A stretch of 64,000 bases of DNA from a bacterium (lineage in GTDB: Bacteria; Patescibacteriota; Minisyncoccia; Phycocordibacterales; Phycocordibacteraceae), in assembly GCA_037200965.1 (NCBI GenBank), contig JBBCGK010000001.1:1-64000 (forward strand), in the 5' to 3' direction. The notes beneath the pieces are model-generated. The model saw only the letters and a list, made by a program, of their open reading frames with translations, had not been told where the DNA came from and did no database searches. Numbering within the stretch: position 1 is the first letter of the stretch; every line of letters begins with the position of its first letter. A program made the translations under genes and the position numbers. Shown here piece by piece: positions 26,780 through 35,813 of the stretch.

Positions 26780-29095
26780 ATGTCTTCATCAGGCGAAAAT
26801 CCTCCGCGCAGATTTACCGCCAGCAGCTTTAAAGGGACTCCACTTAACGAAGAACCGCAAAACATACAGACAGGGGAACCTGCAGCGTTTTCGCAGGCAG
26901 AGGCACCTGCTGTCGTGAATGCGGGCAAAACAGCTGATGCGCCCAGGCAGGAAATTGAAGCTGCTTTGCGTTTTCGTCTCAAGGAGGGAGATTCTCCGGA
27001 CATAAGAGATTTGCGCAAGGATACCTATGAAGAACTCATGGAACTTGCGGATGATATCCGCGGCTCAGGCAGGGAGCCCGGCGATATGGAGGAGTGGCGG
27101 AAAGCATATCGTGAATACGAGAAATTCAACGACATGTGCGACAAATTCACAAAGGCGAATGACGCCGAGGCTGCGCAAATGGGGCCGAATATGCAAAAGC
27201 AATACGATCTCTTCATACGCAGGACAGACGAAGCCTACGATACTCTGACGAAAGCGAACGTACCGAGCGAAGAAGCGCCAACTCCTGCGGTTACCCAAAT
27301 TCCCGGTTCCCCGGGGCCCGGTAGCAAACCGCTTGGCGATGAAGGATATAAATCCATTCCTCCTGAAAAGAAGGATGAAATCCCTCCGGATACAGCCCCG
27401 GTCGAAGAATCAGATATCGATACCGATAAAGGGGTCGGCGATGATATGGGCAGGGACGAAACTGCCGCTCCCCCGGAAGTAGATCCGGTTATTGAAAGAG
27501 AGAAGCTGAAGGAAAACATCGAAGCGCTTAATGCGGCTGAGGCGGCTCGTTGGAAAGCAGAAAATCCGAGCAAAGAAGAAACTGAGTCTAAGGTACCAGA
27601 GGATTCAGGTACGCATGTTGAAGACCGGCCTGCGCCTGAGAAGAGACCTGAGCCGGGGAGTATGGCTGAACATCTGGCGCAAGTCGGATGGCATCGGGAT
27701 AAGACTTTGGATCGTGAAGCTACCGAGAAGCTCGGTTCGGGTTCCAAGGCTTTTAACTGGTGGAAGCAGAACGCGGAAGATTACAACGGATTCCGTTTCC
27801 GCGATAAGCTCGTGCTTGGCGCGGTCATGACCGTGGTCGGCTTCGGGGCCACTGTCGTCATCGGGCTCCCCGGCGCGGTTGCCGCGGCGTTAGCGCTGCC
27901 CTTCAGGCTTTTTACGAGTTCCGCTACCGGTCTTGGCGCTGGCATAGCTACCGATGCTCTCATCCAGCGCTCCGCATACAAAAAGGATGCGGCAGGCAAG
28001 GGACTTGGGTACCTAACGGGCAATACGCGCAACAGGAAGATTGCGGCGGGGGCGATCGGCACGGCCACTGGCGTCGCCACGTTTTTCCTCGGACAGTGGC
28101 TTTCGGGCGTCGTCGGCAACTGGCTCGGTCATGCTCCCGGTGTTGAGGCCGGGGCCGGTACTCCGAACGTAGAACACCATTTCGATCCGAAAGCAATGAT
28201 CGAGGTTCAAAAGGGACATGGCGCGATCAGCATGATCGAAGACCTTAAGGAACATCTGCGGCACCTTTACGAGCATACCGATCCAAGCAAGATTCCGGCC
28301 GGGGCGAAGGCCGTACTTGGTGCCGATCCGACGAAACTTGCGGAACAGCTGCAGGCATATCAGCCGGGAGAATCTCTCAACAGCCAGCTTATTCCGGAGC
28401 ATGCGCATCTCGGTATCGGCCAAGACGGATCACTTATGTACAGCGCTGACGGTGTCAAGAATCCGCTCACGCTTATCGACGGACAAGGTCATCAGGTGGC
28501 TAGCTGGAATGACCATATGATGCGTCCGGGCGCACACCCGGCCCCTTCAACCGAAGCGCAAGCTTCGCAGCCGGGCGACGCCAGCGCTTCCGATCCGAAC
28601 TCGCTCCAATACAGGGAAATGGAGATGTCGAAAGCTTCGCATGGCGATCTGGTGCCGGACGCAAGGGGTGTCGGCCACCCGGCGTCTGAAATGGGCGGCT
28701 CGGAGCGGCTTGCTGCACATTCGGCACCCGCTCCCGCACTTGAGACAGCGTCTTCCAACCTTACTTCCAATGCGCTCCATACATTGCAGGAGGCAGCCCC
28801 GGGTATGCAGCCTGATCCAACGCTGACGCAGGAAATACTCTCCGCAAATGCGAAAGATATCAACGCGTACCTGTTGCACGACGGACGCGTATCCGTATTC
28901 GGCGGTTCGCCCGCCCTCTACGAGCAGTTCGCGAAGAACTTCGCGGGCGCGATGCGTACCGATGTCGTTTTGCCGGTGAACCAGAACGGTACTATACTAG
29001 ATTATATTATTCACCCCGACGGGACTTCGGAGTTAGTAACGCCGAAGAGTCCGACACCGATTGTCGAACAGCTTGTGATGAAACTGGCTAAGTAG
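26780..29095 (+). CDS. large (771 aa) low-complexity protein with central TM helices; hypothetical
   Basis: Starts 4 nt after the ATPase gene. Pro/Glu/Asp-rich disordered N-terminal half. Two hydrophobic segments around aa 330-440 (LVLGAVMTVVGFGATVVIGLPGAV...). Confidence 0.55.
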   Translation: MSSSGENPPRRFTASSFKGTPLNEEPQNIQTGEPAAFSQAEAPAVVNAGKTADAPRQEIEAALRFRLKEGDSPDIRDLRKDTYEELMELADDIRGSGREPGDMEEWRKAYREYEKFNDMCDKFTKANDAEAAQMGPNMQKQYDLFIRRTDEAYDTLTKANVPSEEAPTPAVTQIPGSPGPGSKPLGDEGYKSIPPEKKDEIPPDTAPVEESDIDTDKGVGDDMGRDETAAPPEVDPVIEREKLKENIEALNAAEAARWKAENPSKEETESKVPEDSGTHVEDRPAPEKRPEPGSMAEHLAQVGWHRDKTLDREATEKLGSGSKAFNWWKQNAEDYNGFRFRDKLVLGAVMTVVGFGATVVIGLPGAVAAALALPFRLFTSSATGLGAGIATDALIQRSAYKKDAAGKGLGYLTGNTRNRKIAAGAIGTATGVATFFLGQWLSGVVGNWLGHAPGVEAGAGTPNVEHHFDPKAMIEVQKGHGAISMIEDLKEHLRHLYEHTDPSKIPAGAKAVLGADPTKLAEQLQAYQPGESLNSQLIPEHAHLGIGQDGSLMYSADGVKNPLTLIDGQGHQVASWNDHMMRPGAHPAPSTEAQASQPGDASASDPNSLQYREMEMSKASHGDLVPDARGVGHPASEMGGSERLAAHSAPAPALETASSNLTSNALHTLQEAAPGMQPDPTLTQEILSANAKDINAYLLHDGRVSVFGGSPALYEQFAKNFAGAMRTDVVLPVNQNGTILDYIIHPDGTSELVTPKSPTPIVEQLVMKLAK

Positions 29096-29115
29096 GCGCT
29101 TTATATCATCCAACC

Positions 29116-29424
29116 ATGCAAGACGAAATCCAGCGCGCGGTTGCAGAAGAGCTTGGCATCGAAGGACTCTCGAGCGCAGAGCAGCAGGAGCTTATAGCGC
29201 AGATGACGGGTATTATGCTCAAAGCGGCGACTTTGGCGCTTCTTGAGAAGCTGCGCGAAGATAAGCGCGATGAGTTCGTTATCATTGCAGAGTCCAAGGA
29301 CGAGGAGGCGCTCCGGACATTCCTTGAAAAGGAACTTCCCGGAAGCGAGGAAATCGTCCGTGCGGCGGTCAGCGAGGAGATCCGCCGCTTTAAGGAATAT
29401 CAAAGCGGAATACCAGCCGCATAA
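29116..29424 (+). CDS. hypothetical protein
   Basis: 102-aa acidic helical ORF. Confidence 0.4.
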   Translation: MQDEIQRAVAEELGIEGLSSAEQQELIAQMTGIMLKAATLALLEKLREDKRDEFVIIAESKDEEALRTFLEKELPGSEEIVRAAVSEEIRRFKEYQSGIPAA

Positions 29425-29435
29425 TTCAACCGATC

Positions 29436-29960
29436 ATGAACACCGTCTCTACCGGCATTGCAGTAGCGCTCGCGCTTGCGATTATGGCGTTCTTCTTCCT
29501 TCCCGGCCCCTTTCCGTTCCATGCGGCAACAATGCCTGCCGAGGACGCTTCCGCAGACCTGCGGCTCGCAACCAGTACCGAAGGGAACCCGTCAGATATA
29601 ACCACTAACCAAAACGTCATGACGAATGCGACAGAACTTCAGATCAGGGATATCGCGGTCGGTACGGGCCCTGCGGTCAAGGCGGGCGATGCTATCACCG
29701 TCAACTATGTCGGCATGCTCGCCGACGGCACGGTATTTGACGCTTCCGCAAACCACAGCGCAGGCGGCGTTCCCTTCACTATCGGTGTCGGGCAGGTCAT
29801 TCCGGGCTGGGACCAAGGCCTTATCGGCATGAAGGTCGGCGGCAAGCGCGAGCTCGTGATACCCGCTTCGCTCGCATACGGCAGTCAGGGCGCGGGAAGC
29901 GCCATTCCGCCAAACGCGACGCTCATCTTCGAGATAGAGCTCTTGAAGATCGGAAACTAA
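29436..29960 (+). CDS. FKBP-type peptidyl-prolyl cis-trans isomerase (membrane-anchored/secreted)
   Basis: N-terminal hydrophobic segment. FKBP core (VNYVGMLADGTVFD...IPGWDQGLIGMKVGGKRELVIPASLAYG). Confidence 0.85.
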   Translation: MNTVSTGIAVALALAIMAFFFLPGPFPFHAATMPAEDASADLRLATSTEGNPSDITTNQNVMTNATELQIRDIAVGTGPAVKAGDAITVNYVGMLADGTVFDASANHSAGGVPFTIGVGQVIPGWDQGLIGMKVGGKRELVIPASLAYGSQGAGSAIPPNATLIFEIELLKIGN

Positions 29961-29967
29961 CCACATA

Positions 29968-31209
29968 GTGGGCGCGATTACTTTCAAGATAGAGGCACGG
30001 GCGCCACATGGCGGTGCCCGTGCCGGCGTTATAACCACCGCGCACGGAGCGATACGGACGCCCGCCTTCGTTCCGGTCGGCACCAAGGCCGATGTGAAGG
30101 GAATCCTCCCGGAGCTTCTCGCACGCGAAGGCGCGCAGGTCGTGCTTGCGAACACCTATCATCTCTATCTCCAGCCGGGCGAGGCGGTCGTCAAGGAGGC
30201 CGGAGGGCTTGCGAAGTTCATGAACTGGCGGGGGCCGACCATGACCGACTCCGGCGGGTTCCAGGTATTCTCGCTTGGCGCTGCGTTTGGCAAGAAGGTA
30301 TCGAAGTTTTCCGGTGCGATTGACGGGGAAATGAGCGAAAAGGAAGATCAGATCGCGGTCTTTGATGACTCCCTCGCTTCCCAGCACGGGCAGCTCGCGA
30401 TCGTCGACGACGAGGGTGTCACCTTCACCTCGCATCTTGACGGGTCGCTCCACCGCTTTACGCCCGAGCGCTCCGTCGAGATCCAGCATGCGCTCGGAGC
30501 CGATATCTTCTTCGCGTTTGACGAGTGCACCGCGCCGACCGAGCCGTATGCATACCAGAAGGAAGCGATGGAGCGTACGCACAGATGGGCGGGGAGAAGT
30601 CTAAAGGCCCATCGGCAGAATATCGGGGCGAACAGGATGCAGGCGATATTCGGCATCGCGCAGGGCGGGCAGTTCGACGACCTGCGGCGTATAAGCGCGC
30701 GGGAGATCGGGGACATGGGCTTCGACGGATTCGGACTTGGCGGTTCCTTCAGCAAGAAGTACGGTGAGCATTCGCTCGAATCAGCGCTCAAGATGCTTTC
30801 CGAAATCCCGCCGGAGATGCCGGTGCACGGACTTGGCGTTGGCGAGCCGGGCGATATCCTTCTTGGTATAGCTCACGGGGTCGATCTTTTCGACTGCGTC
30901 GCCGCTACCCGCATCGGCAGGCACGGGAGCATTTATACGAAACGGGGAGTCCTGCATCTTCGGGGAGAGAAGTTCAGGAATGATTTTTCCGTGCTTGATC
31001 CGGAAACGCCGATGGAATCGACCGCGGGATTCACCCGCGCGTACGTCGGGCACCTGATCCGGTCCGGAGAGACGCTCGGCTCCGTCATTTGCTCGCTTCA
31101 TAACCTTGGTTTCATCCTGCGGCTCGTCGACGGGGCGCGGGAGGCTATTACCAAAGGACATTTTGATGAGTACCGTGCCGCTTTCCTTAGCGGCTACTAC
31201 GGCCGTTAA
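29968..31209 (+). CDS. tgt: queuine tRNA-ribosyltransferase
   Basis: Tgt motifs (TPAFVPVGT, DSGGFQV, FAFDEC, C-terminal zinc ligands CxCxxC...H). Confidence 0.9.
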   Translation: MGAITFKIEARAPHGGARAGVITTAHGAIRTPAFVPVGTKADVKGILPELLAREGAQVVLANTYHLYLQPGEAVVKEAGGLAKFMNWRGPTMTDSGGFQVFSLGAAFGKKVSKFSGAIDGEMSEKEDQIAVFDDSLASQHGQLAIVDDEGVTFTSHLDGSLHRFTPERSVEIQHALGADIFFAFDECTAPTEPYAYQKEAMERTHRWAGRSLKAHRQNIGANRMQAIFGIAQGGQFDDLRRISAREIGDMGFDGFGLGGSFSKKYGEHSLESALKMLSEIPPEMPVHGLGVGEPGDILLGIAHGVDLFDCVAATRIGRHGSIYTKRGVLHLRGEKFRNDFSVLDPETPMESTAGFTRAYVGHLIRSGETLGSVICSLHNLGFILRLVDGAREAITKGHFDEYRAAFLSGYYGR

Positions 31210-31239
31210 ATAGAAAAAGAGCGGCCATGACGGCCGCTC
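31208..31239 (-). terminator. rho-independent terminator (mainly for the minus-strand gene)
   Basis: Stem GAGCGGCC/GGCCGCTC (31219-31226 and 31232-31239) with a 5-nt loop. On the minus strand it is followed by TTTTTCTATTT. Confidence 0.55.
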
Positions 31240-31257
31240 GAGTTTCCAGGCTCACAC

Positions 31258-31602
31258 CTAATTGATTTGTACCGGAGGCATCGGCAAGTGATGTGCTATG
31301 ATCGCTGCCGATCCGCCGCATACCGCGTCCAGGCAATCCTTTTGCCTTCGGGAGAGGTTCGGTCGCCGCGGGAGAACTTCCACCAAAATATCCATCAAGT
31401 CCGTCGTGGCCGGCGTCCCGCGGCCCTTCTTCTTGTCGAGAATCTTTAGCTTGTAGAACTTTCGTAGCGCCTCCCCGGAAAGATTCACTTTCGGTTCGTC
31501 ACCATCCGGCTTCGTCCTGGTCACTACGGCGGCGAGGAATGAAAGAACGCCCTTCATTTCCTTATACCCCGTTACCAGGGTCTCGTATCTCTGTGTATCC
31601 AT
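31258..31602 (-). CDS. hypothetical protein
   Basis: 114-aa ORF. Terminator immediately downstream. Confidence 0.4.
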   Translation of the reverse strand: MDTQRYETLVTGYKEMKGVLSFLAAVVTRTKPDGDEPKVNLSGEALRKFYKLKILDKKKGRGTPATTDLMDILVEVLPRRPNLSRRQKDCLDAVCGGSAAIIAHHLPMPPVQIN

Positions 31603-31670
31603 TTCTTCCTCCTGCGGGTAAGGCCTGCTATAACTATACAGTTGAAATAAGTCCCTGGCAACTGTGCTGG

Positions 31671-32675
31671 TTGAATTCTAGCTTGAAACGCAACAACCCG
31701 TATTGAAAAGCGCATACCCGCAGGTACGCTAGGAGTGTTGAATCACCTAAGCACCAACGGGTATGCATACACACAATACGCGCGACATGCGCGTTTCGCT
31801 AGGCGCGCTCCTGCGCGCTGGTGTGAAGAAAGCTGGGATCGCGCGGCAACTGGGCGTCCACCGCTCGACCATCTCAAGGGAGTTGAAACGGAACGCGAAG
31901 AAGAACGGGCGGTATCACGCCACGCACGCGGACGTGCGTGCGAAGGCACGCCGCATGAAGAGCAAGGAGGCGGGACGCCTCCTTGCAAACAATCAGCAGT
32001 TGGCTGACCTTGTCGAGGCACTCCTTGACCCACTCGTCTCTCCAGAGGTGATCGCACACCTTCTCGACATATCGCACGAGACGATATACGCGTGGCTATA
32101 TCGCACCCGTCCTGATCTGTTGGCTCGTCTGCCGCAGCGAGGAAGGAAGCGCCGCCGATATGGCTCAAAGCGTACGCAGAAACAAGGATGGACCAAGAAC
32201 GTGCGTTCCATTGAGGAGCGCACAGAACCTGGCTGGGAGGGCGATACCGTCAAAGGCGCAGGTCGTGAACGCATCCTCACCCACGTGCACCAGAGCTTGT
32301 ATCTCGTTGCCGACCTAATCCCGAACGGCACGGCAGATGTCGTGCATGCGGTACTGAAGTCGCATCAGAAAGTCACCGGGACCATCACGTACGACCGCGG
32401 GAGCGAGTTCGCACTCTGGCAGTTCATTGAACGTGATACCGATGCCACCGTGTACTTCGCACACGCACACCATCCGTGGGAGCGCGGGAAGAACGAGAAT
32501 ACCAATGGCCGCCTGCGGCGACCATTCCCCAAACGGCTGAACCTGGGTACCATATCCAAAGACGACCTTGCGGACGTGGTGGACCTCATGAACCACACGC
32601 CGCGGAAGTCTCTCTCCTGGCAGACCTCGTGCGTGCGCTTTGGGAAGGCGTGTTGCGTTTCAGATTAGAATTCAA
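31671..32675 (+). mobile_element. IS30-family insertion sequence (~1005 bp) with imperfect 24-bp terminal inverted repeats
   Basis: IR-L TTGAATTCTAGCTTGAAACGCAAC (31671-31694). IR-R reverse complement TTGAATTCTAATCTGAAACGCAAC (32652-32675), 21/24 identical. Flanked by the direct repeat GCTGG (31666-31670 and 32676-32680). Confidence 0.75.
31763..32668 (+). CDS. IS30-family transposase
   Basis: 301 aa. N-terminal HTH (GIARQLGVHRSTISRELKRN) and a DDE catalytic region typical of IS30. The stop lies inside IR-R. Confidence 0.85.
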   Translation: MHTHNTRDMRVSLGALLRAGVKKAGIARQLGVHRSTISRELKRNAKKNGRYHATHADVRAKARRMKSKEAGRLLANNQQLADLVEALLDPLVSPEVIAHLLDISHETIYAWLYRTRPDLLARLPQRGRKRRRYGSKRTQKQGWTKNVRSIEERTEPGWEGDTVKGAGRERILTHVHQSLYLVADLIPNGTADVVHAVLKSHQKVTGTITYDRGSEFALWQFIERDTDATVYFAHAHHPWERGKNENTNGRLRRPFPKRLNLGTISKDDLADVVDLMNHTPRKSLSWQTSCVRFGKACCVSD

Positions 32676-32697
32676 GCTGGTATGAGCCTGCTGAATA

Positions 32698-33697
32698 ACC
32701 CCTAAACGCCAAAAGGCGTCCGGTATTCTGGTTGTGTTGGCAACCTAATACTGAACGCCTCGTGGTATGGAAAAGTGTATACCCACATACGCCCGCTTTC
32801 AATGGATCAATCATCCTCTGGTACGTACCGTTCTCGCTCCTTTCTTCCCGTACGCCGGTACCGGAAGGCGCGGATACGACAAGGTCACGCTCTTCCTCTG
32901 GCTCGCATACAAGCAGCTCCATGGCTGCACGTATCGAGACCTCGAAAGCATGAGCGGCATCGACCAGACCACGTTCGTGAAGTTCAGGGGACGACTCAAG
33001 CAGTCCCGTGGATTTGAACACTTGTTCGGGTGCCTGACGCAGCGCGTGCTTGCGCACCTCCCCGCACTCAACCTCATACTCGACTCCTCTTTCGTCAAGA
33101 CATACTCGGGACACGACGAGGAGGGTTCGGCATATTCCGGACACAAGAAAGCCAACGGGTACAAGACCCACGAAATCATTGATCGGGACACCAGACTTCC
33201 GGTATTTCAAAGCGTCACGCCCGGTGCAGTGGCGGACATCACGGAGGGCAGGCGACTCGTGTCGAGAGCGCCCCCTGATCTTCCGGTCGCTTCGTTTGCC
33301 GCCGACAAGGGATACGACAGCGAGTCGTTCGTCTTTGACCTTGCGCGCAAGTGGAGTATCGAACCGGCGATACCACTCCGACGCATGAAGAAAGACGGCA
33401 ACCGAACGAATTGAACCCTTCGGGGAGCCCGTCGTTCGAGCGATCCTGCCGAATATCGCGCCCGAACCGGCGTCGAGCGACATTTCTCCCGCAAGAAAGG
33501 CGTCTTCAATCTTGGTGAAGAACGCACTCGGCATCTCGAGAATTTTCGAGCCAACGCATACTTCGTATCCGGCCTGCAGATTCTCGAGTGGCTGAGCACA
33601 AATGAAACCGTACCGGCCTAGCGGCTGTATGGGAGGGTTTTTCAGCGGGCTCTGGTATAATGTCCAACTCCAATCCCCCTAAGGGAAAAGTGTATCG
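32698..33697 (+). mobile_element. IS5-family element remnant (boundaries approximate)
   Basis: Transposase pseudogene. Short direct repeats CCCCTAA and GGAAAAGTGTAT occur near both ends (32698/32768 and 33676/33683). No clear inverted repeats found. Confidence 0.35.
32767..33621 (+). pseudogene. IS5/IS1182-family transposase interrupted by an in-frame TGA (33412-33414)
   Basis: ORF 32767-33414 (DDE_Tnp_1-like). It continues in the same frame after the TGA with the typical C-terminus ...AEYRARTGVERHFSRKKGVFNLGEERTRHLENFRANAYFVSGLQILEWL. Other genes here stop at TGA, so this is a nonsense mutation or readthrough. Confidence 0.6.
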
Positions 33698-33736
33698 CGC
33701 CTACGTAATAAACGTGAAATTTGGTAAAATGGAAGA

Positions 33737-35797
33737 ATGACGTTTAAGCTTCACTCCCCGTTTCTTCCCGCGGGCGACCAGCCAAAGGCCATCGAGGCGC
33801 TCACCAAGGGCGTCGAGGAGGGGCTGCGCCATCAGACGCTTCTCGGCGTCACCGGCTCCGGAAAGACATTTACGGTCGCGAACGTGATAAGCAGGATAGG
33901 GAAGCCGACCTTAGTGATGGCGCACAACAAGACGCTCGCTGCGCAGCTCGCCCAGGAGTACCGGGAATTCTTCCCGGAGAACGCGGTCCACTACTTCGTC
34001 TCCTACTATGACTATTACCAGCCCGAAGCCTATATCGCGCACTCGGATACCTATATCGAGAAGGAGGCGCAGATAAACGCGGAGATTGACCGGCTTCGCC
34101 ATGCGGCGACCCAGGCCCTCCTTACAAGAAAGGACGTGATCATCGTCGCTTCCGTCTCCGCTATCTACGGCCTCGGCTCTCCCGAAAACTATGAGAAGGT
34201 GCATGTGAAGCTCCAGAAGGGCGCACCGGAGAACCGCTCCGCGCTCATACGGAAGCTCGTCGGCATCTATTTCGAGCGGACGAACGCCGATCTGCTTCCC
34301 GGGCAGCTCCGGGCCGTCGGAAACGCGGTCGAGTTCATGCCGGTCAACGAGCGCGCGATATACCGGATCACGTTCGACGGCGAAAACACCGGGCATATCG
34401 AGCTTCTCGATCCCGTTTCGCGCGCGAAGACCGGAGAGCCCGATTCCGTGTTCGTCTTCCCTGCCAAGCACTTCGTGACGGACGAGGCGGAGCGTAACCG
34501 GGCAGCGGAAGATATCAGGCTCGAACTTGAGGAACGCCTCGCGCAGCTTAAAAGAGAAGAAAAGCCGCTTGAAGCCGAGCGCCTCAAGCGCCGGACGCTC
34601 CACGATCTCGCGCTTATCCGCGAGATGGGATATACGAGCGGCATCGAGAACTATTCGCGGCATTTTGACGGGCGGGCTCCCGGGGAGCCGCCGCACACGC
34701 TCCTTTCATACTTCCCGCACAAGTCGGACGGCTCTCCCGACTTCCTTACGGTCGTCGATGAGTCGCATGTGACGCTTTCCCAGATCGGCGGCATGTATGC
34801 GGGCGATAAATCCCGCAAAGATACGCTTATCGAGTTCGGCTTCCGGCTTCCTTCCGCACGCGACAACCGTCCGCTCCGGTTCGAGGAGTTCGAGGAGCGT
34901 ACGGGACAGATGATCTATACGTCCGCGACGCCGGGGAAATACGAGCAGGAGCATTCGGTCGCGCCTCTTGGCCAGGTGGTCGAGCAGATCATCCGCCCGA
35001 CGGGCCTTGTCGATCCCGAGCTCATCGTCCGTCCGGTCGTCGAAGGCGAAGGGTACAAGGGCCAGATAGCAGATTTCATCGACGAGTCGGAAAAGGTGAT
35101 CAGGGGAGGCGGGCGCGTGCTCGCGACGACCCTTACCAAGCAGATGGCGGAAGACCTCTCGGCGTTTCTTCGCGAGCGCGGCGTGAAGGCCGAATATCTC
35201 CACTCGGACATAAAGACGATCGACCGCATCACCATCCTCACCGAATTCCGCCAGGGAAAGTTCGATATCCTGGTCGGTGTGAACCTGCTTCGCGAGGGTC
35301 TCGACCTGCCGGAAGTGGAGCTGGTCGGCATCCTTGACGCAGACAAGGAAGGGTTTTTGCGCTCCGAAGTTTCCCTTATACAAACCATCGGGCGCGCGGC
35401 GCGAAACATCCTCGGCCGCGTGATTCTCTATGCGGACGTGATGACCGGCTCGCTTACGCGCGCCATAGGCGAGACGAACCGGCGGCGCGCCATCCAGCTT
35501 GCGTACAACGAAAAGCACGGCATCACGCCGCTTTCAATCAAAAAGGAAATCAGGGACATCGCGGAAAGCATGCGGAGCGAGCACCAGAAGACCGTCGATT
35601 CGCTCCTTACGCTCGATGCCCGGCTTTATAAGGAGGATCCGGAGGGATTCATCAAGGAGAAGCGCAGGCAGATGGCCGACGCGGTCGAGGCGCTTGATTT
35701 CGAGACGGCCGCGATCATCCGCGACGAGATTTACACGCTTGAGGGAGTCGAGAATCCCAACAAAGCGAAACCGAACCGCAGGAGGAGGCGCGGATAG
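33737..35797 (+). CDS. uvrB: excinuclease ABC subunit B
   Basis: 686 aa. Helicase motifs (GVTGSGKT), beta-hairpin region, C-terminal UvrB/UvrC-interaction region (DFETAAIIRDE). Confidence 0.95.
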   Translation: MTFKLHSPFLPAGDQPKAIEALTKGVEEGLRHQTLLGVTGSGKTFTVANVISRIGKPTLVMAHNKTLAAQLAQEYREFFPENAVHYFVSYYDYYQPEAYIAHSDTYIEKEAQINAEIDRLRHAATQALLTRKDVIIVASVSAIYGLGSPENYEKVHVKLQKGAPENRSALIRKLVGIYFERTNADLLPGQLRAVGNAVEFMPVNERAIYRITFDGENTGHIELLDPVSRAKTGEPDSVFVFPAKHFVTDEAERNRAAEDIRLELEERLAQLKREEKPLEAERLKRRTLHDLALIREMGYTSGIENYSRHFDGRAPGEPPHTLLSYFPHKSDGSPDFLTVVDESHVTLSQIGGMYAGDKSRKDTLIEFGFRLPSARDNRPLRFEEFEERTGQMIYTSATPGKYEQEHSVAPLGQVVEQIIRPTGLVDPELIVRPVVEGEGYKGQIADFIDESEKVIRGGGRVLATTLTKQMAEDLSAFLRERGVKAEYLHSDIKTIDRITILTEFRQGKFDILVGVNLLREGLDLPEVELVGILDADKEGFLRSEVSLIQTIGRAARNILGRVILYADVMTGSLTRAIGETNRRRAIQLAYNEKHGITPLSIKKEIRDIAESMRSEHQKTVDSLLTLDARLYKEDPEGFIKEKRRQMADAVEALDFETAAIIRDEIYTLEGVENPNKAKPNRRRRRG

Positions 35798-35813
35798 ATG
35801 CTAGTATTACCGC

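Noticed and set aside
33412-33414. UGA-recoded genetic code (code 25) as explanation for the in-frame TGA in the IS5 transposase
   Set aside because: Multiple well-defined genes in the window terminate at TGA with proper gene lengths (e.g. DedA at 604-606). The standard code fits.
32665-33534. 289-aa minus-strand ORF across the IS5-like element
   Set aside because: Antisense to the transposase pseudogene. The plus-strand frame carries the recognisable DDE transposase sequence.
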